From: Amoebidium appalachense
Taxonomy: Eukaryota; Protista; Ichthyosporea
Direction of reading: 5' to 3'
Length of the DNA stretch: 64,000 nt
Assembly (NCBI GenBank): GCA_963693365.1
Contig: CAVNZM010000002.1
Span: forward strand, 7,036,454-7,100,453
Below are positions 1-50,172 of this stretch, one piece after another. The notes under the pieces are model-generated. The model made no database searches. It saw only the letters and a list, made by a program, of their open reading frames with translations, and had not been told where the DNA came from. The stretch's first letter is position 1, and the number at the start of each line of letters is the position of its first letter. Both the position numbers and the translations under genes were made by a program.

Positions 1-528
1 GGGGGGGTTTACGCTGTTTACTCGAGGCAAAGAGAACCAGTCTCAGGTATGGGGGGGGGGTTTTTGCTCGGAATATCCCCTCAGCGGTATATCATGATCA
101 CGTACATAGATGTCGGGTGGTGACTATATATCAGGGTTTACTTTCTCGTACGAGACACCATAAAGACTACAAGGAGAAATCAATTAGTTGGGGTTCCCCG
201 TTTTTTTTTTTTTTTTTTTTTTTATCATGATCGGGATGCGTGATTATGTCTTAGGCAGCTGGCTGTGGCAAATGGTTTGTTCTTCAAAAAATAATTTCTA
301 TATAATAATTAATAGTATAATTTTTATTGTAAATAGCAATGCTGTTTGCTCTAACAGTATTTACTCATGAGCTTTGCTTTCCACCTAAACTCATTGCTCA
401 TCGACCCCTAGACTAACGCGAAAGCAATTACGTAATCGAACGTTCAAGAGAACTCTTCGTCGATGGTGCTGGAGCCGCGCTGTTCCTACCTCAGTACCAG
501 GTCCATAGCTGTATAATTCACGGCGAGA

Positions 529-705
529 ATGAAGCGGTTACAAGACGAACAAGGTTCTGGCCCACCAAAAGGCCCCAGAATGGAGCGTTCTCCATGTTAT
601 TGCCCGTTATGCGAAGGGAAATTTGTGGCTCGGTCGACCCGAAAACTGCACAACCAGAGACACACGTGGCTGGCGCCTGCTGGGCAGCCGACAGAGCAGG
701 AAGAG
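529..705 (+). mobile_element. Probable N-terminal exon or fragment of a CACTA/EnSpm-like transposon protein (CxCxxC...H zinc motif)
   Basis: ATG 529 opens MKRLQDEQGSGPPKGPRMERSPCYCPLCEGKFVARSTRKLHNQRH...EQEE, followed by a possible donor GAG|GTGTAT near 706. The PCYCxxCxGKxVxRSTRxxH pattern resembles N-terminal motifs of CACTA-type transposases. No catalytic domain or TIR seen; the rest of the 447-aa ORF is (CA)n read-through. Confidence 0.35.
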
Positions 706-989
706 GTGTATCCAGCACTTTTTCTTTTACCGCTTAAGGAAGTTTCAGATGGATATGCTCACACGTGCTCGCGTAACATAGTATTAAATAAGGTTTGGGT
801 TCCTGCAGGATTAAAACACATCGCTGCTCATGCTGATGTTCATGCAGACGCACAGGCCATACACTTGCACACACACCCGCCACACAAACACACTCACTCA
901 CCGGCACACACACACGCACGAGAATACATGCACGCACACGCACACGCTTACGCACACAGGCCCACAGGCACACGCACAAAAGCATACTC

Positions 990-1620
<631 letters not shown>

Positions 1621-2858
1621 ATACATATGCACACACATACCTCCCTCCCCCGGTCATACAAAGGCGACACGCGTGCACAGGCACACACACACGCACAGAC
1701 AAGCACGCACACACGCGCACAAGCACACACACACACACATATGTGTGTTTTGACAGCATCGATCTGCCGGTGTGTATGTGTATGTGTGCCAGTGCAGCAA
1801 GTGTGCCTTGTAACTGATAGCTTCGCTTTTTACGTGTGTGTGTATATAGTAGTACACATAGACACTTGCTGATCATTCAGATCGACATTAATATTTAATC
1901 TGTCGGTCCTCGGTTTTTTGAGTGAATGATGATCAAGTGTAAGAGCATTCACTTGGCAAGTATTAATGTTGCAGAGGCCAGCTGCAGCTGCAAGCGTCGG
2001 ATGCACACTGACAATTGTCTTTTCAGCGAGTCTAACCTGCAGGCTGCAGCTGCACACATATAGGGTTGTTATCTTGCGGCACATGCACGGGGATCGTTTC
2101 AGAGTAATAGAGTTCTGAATCAGAGCAATGAAAATAATGAAAATAACTAAACTTTGTGACTACTTTAAAGTTGCTGAGATCATACGTGGTGCAAGCTGCA
2201 CTATGAACACATGTACAGTGCTAGTAATTAATACATTTTTGTTGCCTTCTGCAGGGTTACCGTAGCTACGTCACGGCCTGCACTCAGGGGGGGGGGGGGG
2301 AGGGGGGAGGGGGGATGATTCGAAGGGGGTATAAATAAGAACATGCACCTAAAGGTCTTTCCCGTGGATCCCCCTCCCCCCCCCCCCCCCCCCCCCTCCC
2401 ACCTCTCCCCCTCCCCCGGGGCCCCATACTATGATATCTAGGCCCAATATTATATGCCCCTTCCCCCCCCCCCCCCCCCCCCTCTCCGGATCCCCGGACC
2501 CCACTTCCCTACCCGGAGGCTCAAGAGCTCCCCCCTTCCCCTTCCCCCCCCCCCCCCCCCCCCCCAAGGCTTACGGGGGCCCTTCTTCATTGAGGGGGAG
2601 GGGGTGGGGGGGGGGGGGGGGGGAAGTGGAAGGCAGGGGTGGATGCATGTCAGCCTAGGTGAATTAAATTGTTTAACTCCAGTGTACAGGACTGGTCTGA
2701 AGGCTTAAGAAAACAACGAGGAAATGGGGTCCAGTGGAGGTGGTGGTGGTGTTCTGTGTGTGTGTGTACACGTGCACGTATGTGTGTGGTTTTTTTGGGG
2801 GGTGAGTGGTGGTGGTGGTGGTGGTGGTGGTCACCGTGGTGGTGGTGTGTGTGTCTGT

Positions 2859-2909
<51 letters not shown>

Positions 2910-3020
2910 TAGAAAGAAAAACTGCTTGTGGGTCACTGTTTTTCGTCACTGTATTTGTAACGGGCCGCTCATATTTATATAACTACTTTAAGTACACGTG
3001 TTCATTATCATATACGATGG

Positions 3021-3070
3021 CCAAATATAGAAATTTTGGCGTCGAAGTTCTTGGAGCTAAAAAAACGGTT
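3021..3070 (+). repeat. Dispersed repeat fragment with a second copy at about 61579-61630
   Basis: CCAAATATAGAAATTTTGGCGTCGAAGTTCTTGGAGCTAAAAAAACGGTT versus CCAAATATAGAAATTTGGGCGGGAAGTTTTGGCGCGTAAAAAAAAAGGCTT. Confidence 0.6.
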
Positions 3071-3556
3071 AAAAGGGGGAAATAATAGCTTGGCCCCAAA
3101 TTTACCTTGCCGTTGTTAGCGAATGTATTTTTTATTCATGAGTTCTAGCAATTCAGTGAGTGCACGTGCCTGCCTCAGGCTGATCATGACAACTGCAACA
3201 CACCATTCCTAAATGGATATCAACCAAAAGAAAATAGTATATACTGTGGTGGTCTCCTAAACCTTGTGCGGCATGCGCATACATGATATTACAGTGACAC
3301 AGGTGCATATTATTGTTCTGTACACCGGAGTGTGGTGCACGTGGCTGTTTTGTGCACATGTTACAATAGCAGCACGATCTCCCTAAACTCCATGTTTACA
3401 CATCCCTCACCCTGTCTCTGCCTTGTCGGTGCTCCAAAACACACACACAAATCCCCCTAGACTCAGTGCCTGCACATGGTCGCATTCACGTGCAGGTCAC
3501 GTGACACATGCAATGCCATACTGCCGTCTACAGCAACAACCACGGCAGCATGTATA

Positions 3557-3780
3557 CCGGCCCAGCACGAAATATACTTATCGGCAGCCCACTGAACTCG
3601 CCCATTTTCTCTTTTTCATGTATGACCCTCCTTTTTTGTGAAATCACCCTTTTTGGCCTCCCGGTAGTGGATTTTGCAGGATTTGACTTCTTTGAGGTCC
3701 AAAAACCTCAAATTTTCCCCGGCGGGGCCGGGGAGGGAGAATTCAAAAATTGCCCGCTCCTGATATGGTACCCGGGCCGG
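3557..3780. mobile_element. Putative MITE (about 224 bp) with short TIRs and TA flanks
   Basis: Left end TA|CCGGCCCAG, right end CCGGGCCGG|TA (reverse complement CCGGCCCGG). Non-coding interior. Confidence 0.5.
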
Positions 3781-4296
3781 TAGAGGGGCGAGTTTAGCAC
3801 AAATTGAAATCTAGGGAGCCAATAAATTTATTCACCAAAAACGCATAAGTTGCCAACGTGGCAAAAGCCTGAAACCACAAAAAGCAAGAAACACCGTACG
3901 CTCTTCTCACAAAAATGTTTACTGCTTCCACTTAGACTGCATGGAGTTAACTACTGTGGTATCTTTTTTTGCATGAAGGTTCGAGCGAAATAGACGTGCA
4001 ACGATCCCCGTGAGTGTGCGTTGCACCCTCCGGATCCCAACATCAAGTCCGCTCTCGCAGCCTGCTAGCCGCGCGGTAGTCGCGATTGAAGTCGTAGTCA
4101 TCAAATCATCGTGGCAGTTGCATCGTTTCCCTTAATTCCAAACCAGAAAATACTGCCTAGTCAAAGAGCATTCTGTTTACACACTTTATAGGCTGTCACA
4201 CAAGCCTCCATCTCTTAACTGTTTTGTTACAACATTTTCGTCTTTTTTTCATCAGCTCAAAAGCAACACACATAATCTTGAAGTCCAGTAAGCATC

Positions 4297-5622
4297 ATGC
4301 CCAAAGAGCACGACATTCCAACACCGTCCCTTCCGGATTCAGCCGTCATTGACACAACCAGCAAAGGGTTACCTCCGGATAGCGGGCTGGCACTCCGAGA
4401 TGGGTTATCGACTAAACGTGCCACTGAATGTAAGCGTGCAGCAGAGGCGCAGTCTAAAAAGGACGCCATAGACACCGAGTACCTGCGCTTAACTTGGAGT
4501 TTCTATTTGCTCATTCTACTCGCTGTATTGGGATTAGAACTTGGATGCATGGTACACATGACGCGAACGATTGGCTCCGACAGCCCAACGATTTTACTGA
4601 CGGAAGCCGGGAACTCGCTTCAGGCAGCATATGAAGCCATTAGAGCAAACACAACAAGCAGTGGTGCACATGTCAACAATATGTTCGCTTTGAGGACCCT
4701 CACACGGGAGATGGCAATTTTTAAAACGGTGCGGGCCACGGTGGTCGATGTAGGCCAGAGGGCGTTTGTGTACGAGCTAGTGTTAAGCGTTATTGCCGTT
4801 GCCTTCCTTCTCACGGCCGGTGTTGTTTTCGCTGTACATCGCGAACATAAATTCGTCCGTGCACGCGGCCGCGAGTTTCTGGCGTGCTTCATCACCACTG
4901 GAATACTCCTGGTGCTGTCCGTGACGATGCTTGCGGCCGTTTTTTTGTTGAAGTTATCCGATTTTCCGACGGAGGTCTCGCCGCAGACAGCAGCCAAGTT
5001 AGTTAGCGAAAAGGGCAAACTACAGGACTTGATATTTGGGGTGCTGACCCTGGTGACCTTGGTGGTGTGCCTGTTTTTTGGCTCCTTCACATGCCGCCTA
5101 CACGTGATTTACGTTCTTTTCTCCGGTCCCGTACGGCGAAAGAAGGTGAACTACTTCAGCACGGCGTGGGTTAACATTGTCGTTGCACTTTTCGCAACTA
5201 TCCCGCTGATAGTGTGGAGATATGCGTCGGACCAAGGGACGGGGACGCGCAGGTGGCTTACGGCGGGGGTGTGGTTCATGGCACTATTCTATTTTTGCGA
5301 TATCATATACTACCTGGTGCACTCGCACGTTGCACACAGGGAATTCAGCGACTACCACTCCAACATGCGTGCGGTGGTCACCAACATTGTACTCATCCTT
5401 GCGCTTCTGATATACCAGCAGGTGCATACAACCTCCATTGTCGCCTCCTTGGGGTACCCGGCGGCGCTTCGCAGCATGGTCTTGTTGAATGTGTTTGATA
5501 TGCTCAACTGTGCCTGTGTGCAGATATGGCAGGCTAAAAGATTACCCGCGGTCCGTCCTGTACAATTTGGTTTCACAACACTGCAGAGCACGTCAACACT
5601 GAGCAGACTTGGTAGGCAGTGA
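4297..5622 (+). CDS. Class C (glutamate/GABA-B family, 7tm_3-like) GPCR-like multi-pass membrane protein, single coding exon, no Venus flytrap domain
   Basis: Clean 441-aa ORF with about 8 hydrophobic helices. FAVHREHKFVRARGREFLACFITTGILL matches the mGluR-type TM1-ICL1-TM2 pattern (TPIVxASGREL..lltG). FFGSFTCRLHVIYVLF resembles TM3 and HREFSD resembles the FNE/FND motif before TM6. Likely 5'UTR acceptor tttttttcatcag at about 4256. Confidence 0.75.
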   Translation: MPKEHDIPTPSLPDSAVIDTTSKGLPPDSGLALRDGLSTKRATECKRAAEAQSKKDAIDTEYLRLTWSFYLLILLAVLGLELGCMVHMTRTIGSDSPTILLTEAGNSLQAAYEAIRANTTSSGAHVNNMFALRTLTREMAIFKTVRATVVDVGQRAFVYELVLSVIAVAFLLTAGVVFAVHREHKFVRARGREFLACFITTGILLVLSVTMLAAVFLLKLSDFPTEVSPQTAAKLVSEKGKLQDLIFGVLTLVTLVVCLFFGSFTCRLHVIYVLFSGPVRRKKVNYFSTAWVNIVVALFATIPLIVWRYASDQGTGTRRWLTAGVWFMALFYFCDIIYYLVHSHVAHREFSDYHSNMRAVVTNIVLILALLIYQQVHTTSIVASLGYPAALRSMVLLNVFDMLNCACVQIWQAKRLPAVRPVQFGFTTLQSTSTLSRLGRQ

Positions 5623-6688
5623 TTGATCCAATGTTTCACTACAGTTGATAAGTGGTTGTGTGGTCAGTCCATCCTGTTATGTTCTCTTGATTATTTTTCT
5701 TTATGTGTTTCTTTATTATTATAACTATTAGGCCATGGTCAACAAGCGAGAGTAGCAAGCAGCAATATGATGGTGGACGTATCCATTTATAATTATTAAT
5801 TTTTTTGTTTCCTTGGTACGGTTAGTAGTGCAACCTGAACATTAGCTCTCGCAATTCAAGTTTTTCCTCACCGATGGCATTCTCATTGCCACTGTTTTCA
5901 GCGGCTACCCATATCATATGTTAATGTATGTGACACAGTAATCCATGTTAAAGAAGCATTCACACCTTCTTTCTGTTGTGCACACACACGCACATCGTTA
6001 CTACAGGAATTCAGTATTTAGTAGCAAATCTAATATGCATGTGCATGTGCAGTGAACCTTACCACTGCCATATAATCATAACTTATGCAGTTGCACAGCT
6101 ATTTGCATAGCACCAAAGCACAACAGTTACTGTAGGGCCTAAACAGGGCCCTGAGAGACACACACCCCATAATTTCCACACCACCCCTGATTTCATGCTG
6201 TTAAATTTACGAGCTTTTATCTTTATCATACATAAGTTACGTAGCTGAGTAATGTTTTGATGCCTGTATGCGCCGTGAGTGTGTGTAATTAATGATTTGT
6301 TGCCCGGCCATGTGTCGTTAGCAACCTGTATCATTAGTAGATGCATTAGTATGTAGCCTCATTTTATAAGGTATCATTACTTTCATGTACCGCAGTAAAA
6401 AACCGGCCTACGGCTGTAACTTATTGTAGAACGATATGGTTCAGTAATTTTCGTATCTTTCAATTTTGCAGCCAAAAGGGTAGATTATGTTATAACACTG
6501 ACCTATTAGCCAAGAGGTGATGAGGTGTGGTCCGGGCTCATCAATGCATTGTGTCGTGCACCTACACAGCAGATCCCGGATGTCAGATACCTGAAATGGC
6601 GACCTTACCGGCGCAAAAAGTAAGGCACTGCGCCGTACAACCATTTCGTGAGATCAAAGTGGTTCTCTTTTTTCTTTCTTTTGTCCAC

Positions 6689-7500
<812 letters not shown>

Positions 7501-9326
7501 TTTTATGTATCATATTCCATCGCGACTTCTGTCTCCCCTATTCTTTAGAGATTACACTAATAGATTACACCAATAAAAGGTTTATCCCCTCCCTCTTCCC
7601 CCCGCCACCGGCTATACCACCACGCCACCACCACCGGCCACGTGCACAAGCTTCCCGTGCATGTATATTATGTCCACACATTCGGATTTGTAGTACACAC
7701 TATGCCTATGAATAGAATTATGATACACATTGTCACTGAGCACGAACAATGATTGCTACAATTTTTTTTCAAGTGAATTCGAACTCGCACGGCCAGTATG
7801 CATGACGTACATACGTACAGTATACGTATACTGCAAAAGGTGGGAATTTTTCTGCAGCTTTGTGCAGCTTCATCAGAATGATCCTGCTTCTACATTTAGC
7901 AGCACCGTCCTAGGCCTGCCAGTGGTTCTAGCTGATCTGCTTCGATTCTGAGATTCTGCTCATAATCACGTTCACCGTACGCGTGCAGCAGCAAACTATA
8001 AAGTAAGCAGAACACGGTTCTGTCATCGATCTCCTGACTTAAAACGGATTGATAATGGAATTTCTCATTCTAGCAAAATAATTTCTGCTGTAGTCAAGAA
8101 CTACTACTTCTTCAGAATCTGATCATCAGTGAATCAGCAGCTGCAGAATAATTAACTGCGAAAGTTAAAGGCAGCCATTTCGGATTCTGCCTTTATGAGG
8201 CCTAGGATTCCCCCCCCCCCCCCCCCCCCCCCCATCCATCCACCCCGGGCCTGCGCCCCGCGGGCATGCGCAGCCGCTTCTCTGGAGGGCCCTACCGCAT
8301 CAGCAGAATCAACTTGCTATGCACATGCGAGCCGAATCGTTTTGGCAATTAAAAGCCGCATCATGCATTGGGGGGGGGGGGGGGGGGGGGGGGGGAGAGG
8401 GGAAGGGGAGGGGGGGGGGGAGGGGCCCCCGGGGGGGTTGCAAGGAGCTTGAGGGAGGGGGAAGGGGGGGGGAGCAGCGAGCGAGTCGACTAGGGATTGG
8501 AGGGGGGAAGGAGGAAAAAGCCTAGTACTAGTATCACGGTATTAGAGTATACCGGCATGATAAATGGAAAAGCCTTGCAATTTCATGACACCGTATTAGA
8601 GAAATAAATTAGGATAGTATCCAGTTTTGCCTCCTTTGAAGGGGGTTGAAGAGATGCTTGAAGGGGGGGGGGGGGGGGGGGGGGGGAGGTCTCAAGTCCA
8701 GACACACATGTACAGACTGCGCACTGTGACACCTGACTTACCAAACATGATAGTTTGCACACCAGGACTGGCGTTATCTTTCTGTTGATATTTTTTTTTT
8801 TTGCTGTCGTATGAAGTCTGATGCCAGCACTGCCAGGTCCATTCATGCCTTTTCAAACACTATCGTCTCTGGGCCATTCCCTCTCACATCGTAGCAACCC
8901 CCCCCCCCCCCCCCCCCCCCCCCGGGGCACACGCAAGAACACACCTGCGTGCGTTGTGTGCGCACAAACAAACACAAACACACGTCACCGTCCAACACAA
9001 ACAAATAATTACACATGCTCTTATCCAAACCCTACAAACACGTGTGTGTGTGTGTGTGCGTGTGCTCACACACACACACGCCCACGCGCCACGGTGTGCA
9101 CACCATTGCTCACCATAAATATTATCTACGATACGTGCAAAAATCGTCAGTATGCTGTCAAAATGCAGGGATAGAAAGTGTGTTACCAGCCAGACTAAAT
9201 GTGTACCCTGCTTGGAAAAGTAACATAGTTATCGAACAAGTCACACCACAATCCCTATTGTTCATTCCCCTTGGCCGTGTCGTTAGAATAGGGTCTTATA
9301 CATTTACTTGTCCTAAAACCCCCCTC

Positions 9327-9390
<64 letters not shown>

Positions 9391-9676
9391 GAAAAGAAAA
9401 AAGAAAAACACTCCTTTGCCCACCCCCACCCACCGATCCACTCGTGATCACCACCACCACCACCACCACCACCACAACAACAACAACAAAACAACAACAA
9501 CAACAACAACAAAAAAAAAAAAAAAAAAAAGGGGGGGGGGGGGGGGAGGCTGAGATGCGGAGTCGTCTCTGCACTGACTATATGGAAGGATATTTCAGCA
9601 CCGGAGGGATCGAGCGAAGAAGAAAAGCCCGAGGAAGGGCACTGGATTCGAACCAAACCACCAAACCAAAAAATGA

Positions 9677-15862
<6,186 letters not shown>

Positions 15863-16457
15863 TTTCGACACTTGGGAGTATCTAAACGCGTTAGGTATAC
15901 CTATATCTTACTTTCTTGAAGATGCAATTCCTCTACAAGTGACTTTCCTGCGCTGTTCCGGGCGAACGCATCCCAAGGCGCTACCACCTACTGAGGCGGT
16001 GTCTCCTTTCTTTTTTTTTTTTTTTTTTTTTTTTTTTGCTTAAAAGGGACCGCCGCCTGAGTAGATGTATAACGTTGCACGTGCGGCAACACGTCAGTAC
16101 GTGTTAGCCCACGGCGTTTGTTTCATGCCATCTCAAGTTAAAACTAATCGTGGTCATACCCGAGGCTACGCAAAAGCACCCTCTTCAGACTATTGCGAGA
16201 TAAGGCCACTGCACTGCTGGGCTCCGGGGGCAGCTTGTGACAGGTGTACACAGTTTACGCGTGTAATGCACTTTGTCGACGATTTTGTAAGACTATTCTG
16301 ATGAATGATGTTAGTGTTAATATAGTACGAGAGTTAGAATGGAAAGATGAGGCACTTAGAAGTCTTTAGCAGCGAGTTTGGGCACCCAATATGACGGGAA
16401 GACGAGGAAGGATAAGGGGCGGGTGGCGAAGGGGTCAACTTCTCTTGCTTGTTTGGC

Positions 16458-33795
<17,338 letters not shown>

Positions 33796-34591
33796 TACAT
33801 ATAGCAGGGCCCATGTGTGCACGACGGCGGTGGGGGCGGGCGCGGGGAGGGGGAGGGGGGGGGGGGGGGGGGGGGGGCATTGTATGCAGAGTGTTATGTG
33901 TATGAAATGGTTGTGTGGGGCTTTAAGCATTGTAGAATTGAGAACCTGGCACAAGGTGACACACACCATAGGGCATGCAGTAAATTCAGTTTGTGAACTC
34001 GTTATAGCATGGTTGCCCGGTATAGAGCACACAATGCAAGGTGAATATCTTCGTGCAACAGGTTTTTTTTGTGCAGGGTTTTCTCTTTGACAACACGTAG
34101 GTAATGGTGGTGGCCTTATTTATTTATTTATATTTTATTTTTATTTTTTCGTCCCTGCTCGGGCTTCTTTTCTTGTGTAGTAGATGGAATTCGTTGTTTT
34201 GGTTGGTTTTTTGTAATGGTGGTGGTGTATGTGTCGCTGTGTGTTTTTTGTGTGTATTTGTGGGTGGGGAAGGGGGAGGGGGGGTTGTAAAATTTAGTAG
34301 CACGTTGTTGCCTATAGCTTATTTAGATAAATTCCTGATTAGATGTATGATAGTGCAGGGTCATATAGTGTACAGTTAGGGAGCACGAAGGTGGGTAAGA
34401 TTATCTATCTCAAGAATTGCACGTAGTTTATTATTACTTGTTTAGCATGGTTATCCCGATGGCATATATCTAGTGGCATAATAAAAGGACTTGCAGCTAG
34501 GAGATAGCTGCCAGTGTAGTTGCAACACGTGCATCTGTGTGCACCCCTTTGTGGCCATGGGGAAGGGAGCCAAAAAAAAAAAAAAAAAAAG

Positions 34592-34640
<49 letters not shown>

Positions 34641-34746
34641 GGGGGGAGGGAGGGAGGGGCGGGGGAGAGAGAGAGACTCAGAGAGAGAACGAGAGAGAGT
34701 TGCATGGCAAAGGTGTGTGTGTGTGTGTGTGTGGTGTGTGTGTGTG

Positions 34747-34780
<34 letters not shown>

Positions 34781-36807
34781 AGGCTCAGGGGGAAGGGTTA
34801 TATCGATATATCGATAGGTAGGGTGGCTTCATGTTGCAACCGAACATCCATTAACCCAACACCAGATCTAATGATTTCATTGGCTCTGGCCAGACCCAGT
34901 CCTGACGTAAGTAAGCACGGGAACAGAAGTCGATTGGTTCCCTAATGTCGACATCGAGATTTTGGATTTCCGTTCGTGTACATTTTATGCGTGGCCGAGT
35001 TGAGCACATGGAAAAGGTCTTCCAAAATGTTCTATTTCATCAGAACCTTTTTAGAACAATTGAAGTATTAATTTGATAAAATTGACTGCTTTTTTCTAGG
35101 TGAAGGTGATAAATATGAGCTTCTGTCGACATCACATCCTGCCGACCGCTGCAGCTGGTCCAGGTGAAAGACCATCATTCACAAACCGGCAACGGTAAAC
35201 ATATGATATGTAACCAATGGCTGTAAAGATCGAAGCAGAGGTGGTGGGGTTTTGGGTGCGCTACCCGTTTTACCTCAAACTCAATCGTATTGTCAGAATT
35301 TCTAAAACGTATTGGCGGGGTTCGTCTCACTTAACGACACGTATAGACCCCTTTTATTATTAAATTTGACAACCCAGTTAAGATAATTTTACACTCCTTT
35401 AGCCATTACACACCCCGTTAGACGAAACGGGGCTTCATATTCCGCCCTTGAGTGCCAAAATAACCACCTGACCACCTTTTACCTTGGAAAACACCCATTT
35501 TTATATGAAAACACACCAAAATACACTAATGTGACCTATTTAACTGCTAAGAAAAGTCAATACAGCACCTCACAGCATTACTCGTTTTGACCCCCTGGGC
35601 TTAATCGTTAATACGACGATTTTGAGTCGTAATTCAACCCCTGGATCGAGATGTTGGGTGAGACTAGGGTGAGATCTTGACAGCATTTGCTTTTCATGTT
35701 TCTGTTAGTGAATTAGACCGGAAGCGCTATTTTTATTTTATAAACTTAAGATTTACACTATATTCTTACTCCGTCAAAAAAAAAGTATCCGTTTATCTCT
35801 ATTGGGAGCTGGGATATTGGATAGATCGGGTGCGAAAACGGTTCATGCATAGATAATCAATAAGGTAAAGAATATCGGTCGATTCGCAAGTTGATTGTAG
35901 TCACTTGCATGAGTGCTGTGCTGTCTCCCTGGCCTATAACATACCTTGTATGTTGCCGCAGGCGGCGACAGTCACTAGACAAAGTTTGATTTATTTATTT
36001 TTGACTCGGTTTTATTGATCCGTTTGATGAAGGCAACGTGCAGCCACAGGCTACATAACCACCGGTATGGCCAACAGAACTGAAAAAGCCAAAGCTACGA
36101 AATAAAAATAAAGCGACAAGTGACAAAGGACACCAGCGGGCAAAACCTTAAGTGTACGTGTATGCGTGAAACTAGTTTGCTCCAACTAGTCATATGCATC
36201 GATGTTAACCAGACCACACTCCGCAAGAAGACATCATTACTGCTGCTTCCCAACAGGCCCCCCTCAAAACCTACCGAGGCACAGCAAGCAAGTCAGCCTC
36301 TAAAAGAGCAATGCAGACCAAATCTGAGCTAAAAAACAATCCCAACGGGCCCGGCCCCTAGATAACCCGGAGAAACTGCATCTAGCTCTCTGATAAGGTG
36401 GCCTACGTTGTGGCAGGACACACAGATAAAACACAATTACAGAATGCATGCAAGCAAACCCGGTCATTGCCATACGACTGGAGGCCAAGGACTGGCAGTC
36501 ACTTGGAAAGCTCCCCGACGACCAAGTAGCCGCCCCTCCACTCACGCAGCGCAGAAGTAGCTGAAGAAGTCGCAGCAGCCCACCGCCAATAGGTCGCGTA
36601 GAAGCGTAGACAGCGTGTAGAAGTTACCATAGGTTGCAGTGGACCACCAGGCGTTGAAGAAACCACCTCTCAAGCGAGAAACTCCGCGAAAGGGAGATGC
36701 CCCCACACTCTCACAGCAGTAGGAATACACCAGGCCACACCACACACACGCTGCAGTCACGTTCCCCTGAGTGGGACTCCCTCCCACCACAAAAAGAAGA
36801 AACGAAA

Positions 36808-37190
36808 GCCTTTATATACCTGCCATGGTGAAGAATCGGGAAACTTTGAAAAGTTGACGTGACAGAGTAAGAGATCGAAGTGAAAGTTTGATCGCGCGTA
36901 ATCGGATCTTACTCTACGAGCGGCGATAGGTTAAAAATGACGTAAGCCCAGCCTACCAGTAAAAAGAAGATATGATCTGCTTGCCCGGGCTTTTTTAATC
37001 AATGAAATTAAATGTTTACTTTAAAATGTTTGAGCATTCCGATTGGTCATTACATATTGAGTGATCTGATTGGTCAGTAGTACAGCCAGAAGGACCCGGC
37101 CGGAGACGTCCCGCAGCGTCGTAGGCCGGCAAGCCAGCGGGTATGTACAAAGCCTTGGAGACTACAAGTTGTAAGTTGATTGGCTGTCGT
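36808..37190. promoter_or_regulatory. Candidate (bidirectional) promoter with TATA, CRE-like and CCAAT motifs upstream of QSOX
   Basis: Minus-strand TATATAAAG at about 36810-36818. TGACGT at about 36855 and 36938. GATTGG (CCAAT on the minus strand) at about 37041, 37068 and 37178. Microsatellite-free. Motif-level evidence only. Confidence 0.4.
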
Positions 37191-37531
37191 TAGGTAGGAA
37201 TCTCAAATAGATCTATTCAAAACTTTCAGTTCTTCCTCGGGGAGGAGTCACACTGGCAGACAGAAAGGCTTGACACGGCGGAAGGTGTCTGACGGCCGCC
37301 CGTGTGGCTTCCTAACGGTCTGCATAGGCTGGTTTGAGTTTAACTATAGCTATAATAGCGCCCCGCTTTCCAAGCAGCTAAAGAATACATATCTGTATTC
37401 CTTGTTCTATGCAGTAGTGGACTCTCGAATCAATTAGAAAAGTTTGAAAAAAAAACGACCGGTGCAGCAAGCATACACACACCACGAACTACCCACAGTT
37501 CTATGTGCGGGACAACACACCAGTAACGGAG

Positions 37532-50172
<12,641 letters not shown>

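Noticed and set aside
7840-8340. Scattered GCAGAATC/GATTCTGC and CTGCAG motifs as transposon subterminal repeats
   Set aside because: No TIRs or TSD could be defined, and the signal is too weak to call.
36300-36790. Telomerase RNA or RNase MRP/P
   Set aside because: No CCCTAA-type template was found, and the GGGAGTCCC and GAGAG resemblances are not in the expected spacing.
37240-37315. Small branched fold upstream of QSOX (AGGAGTCACAC/GTGTGGCTTCCT enclosing GACAC/GTGTC)
   Set aside because: It is a single copy with no recognisable riboswitch or SRP motif and is plausible by chance in GC-rich sequence.
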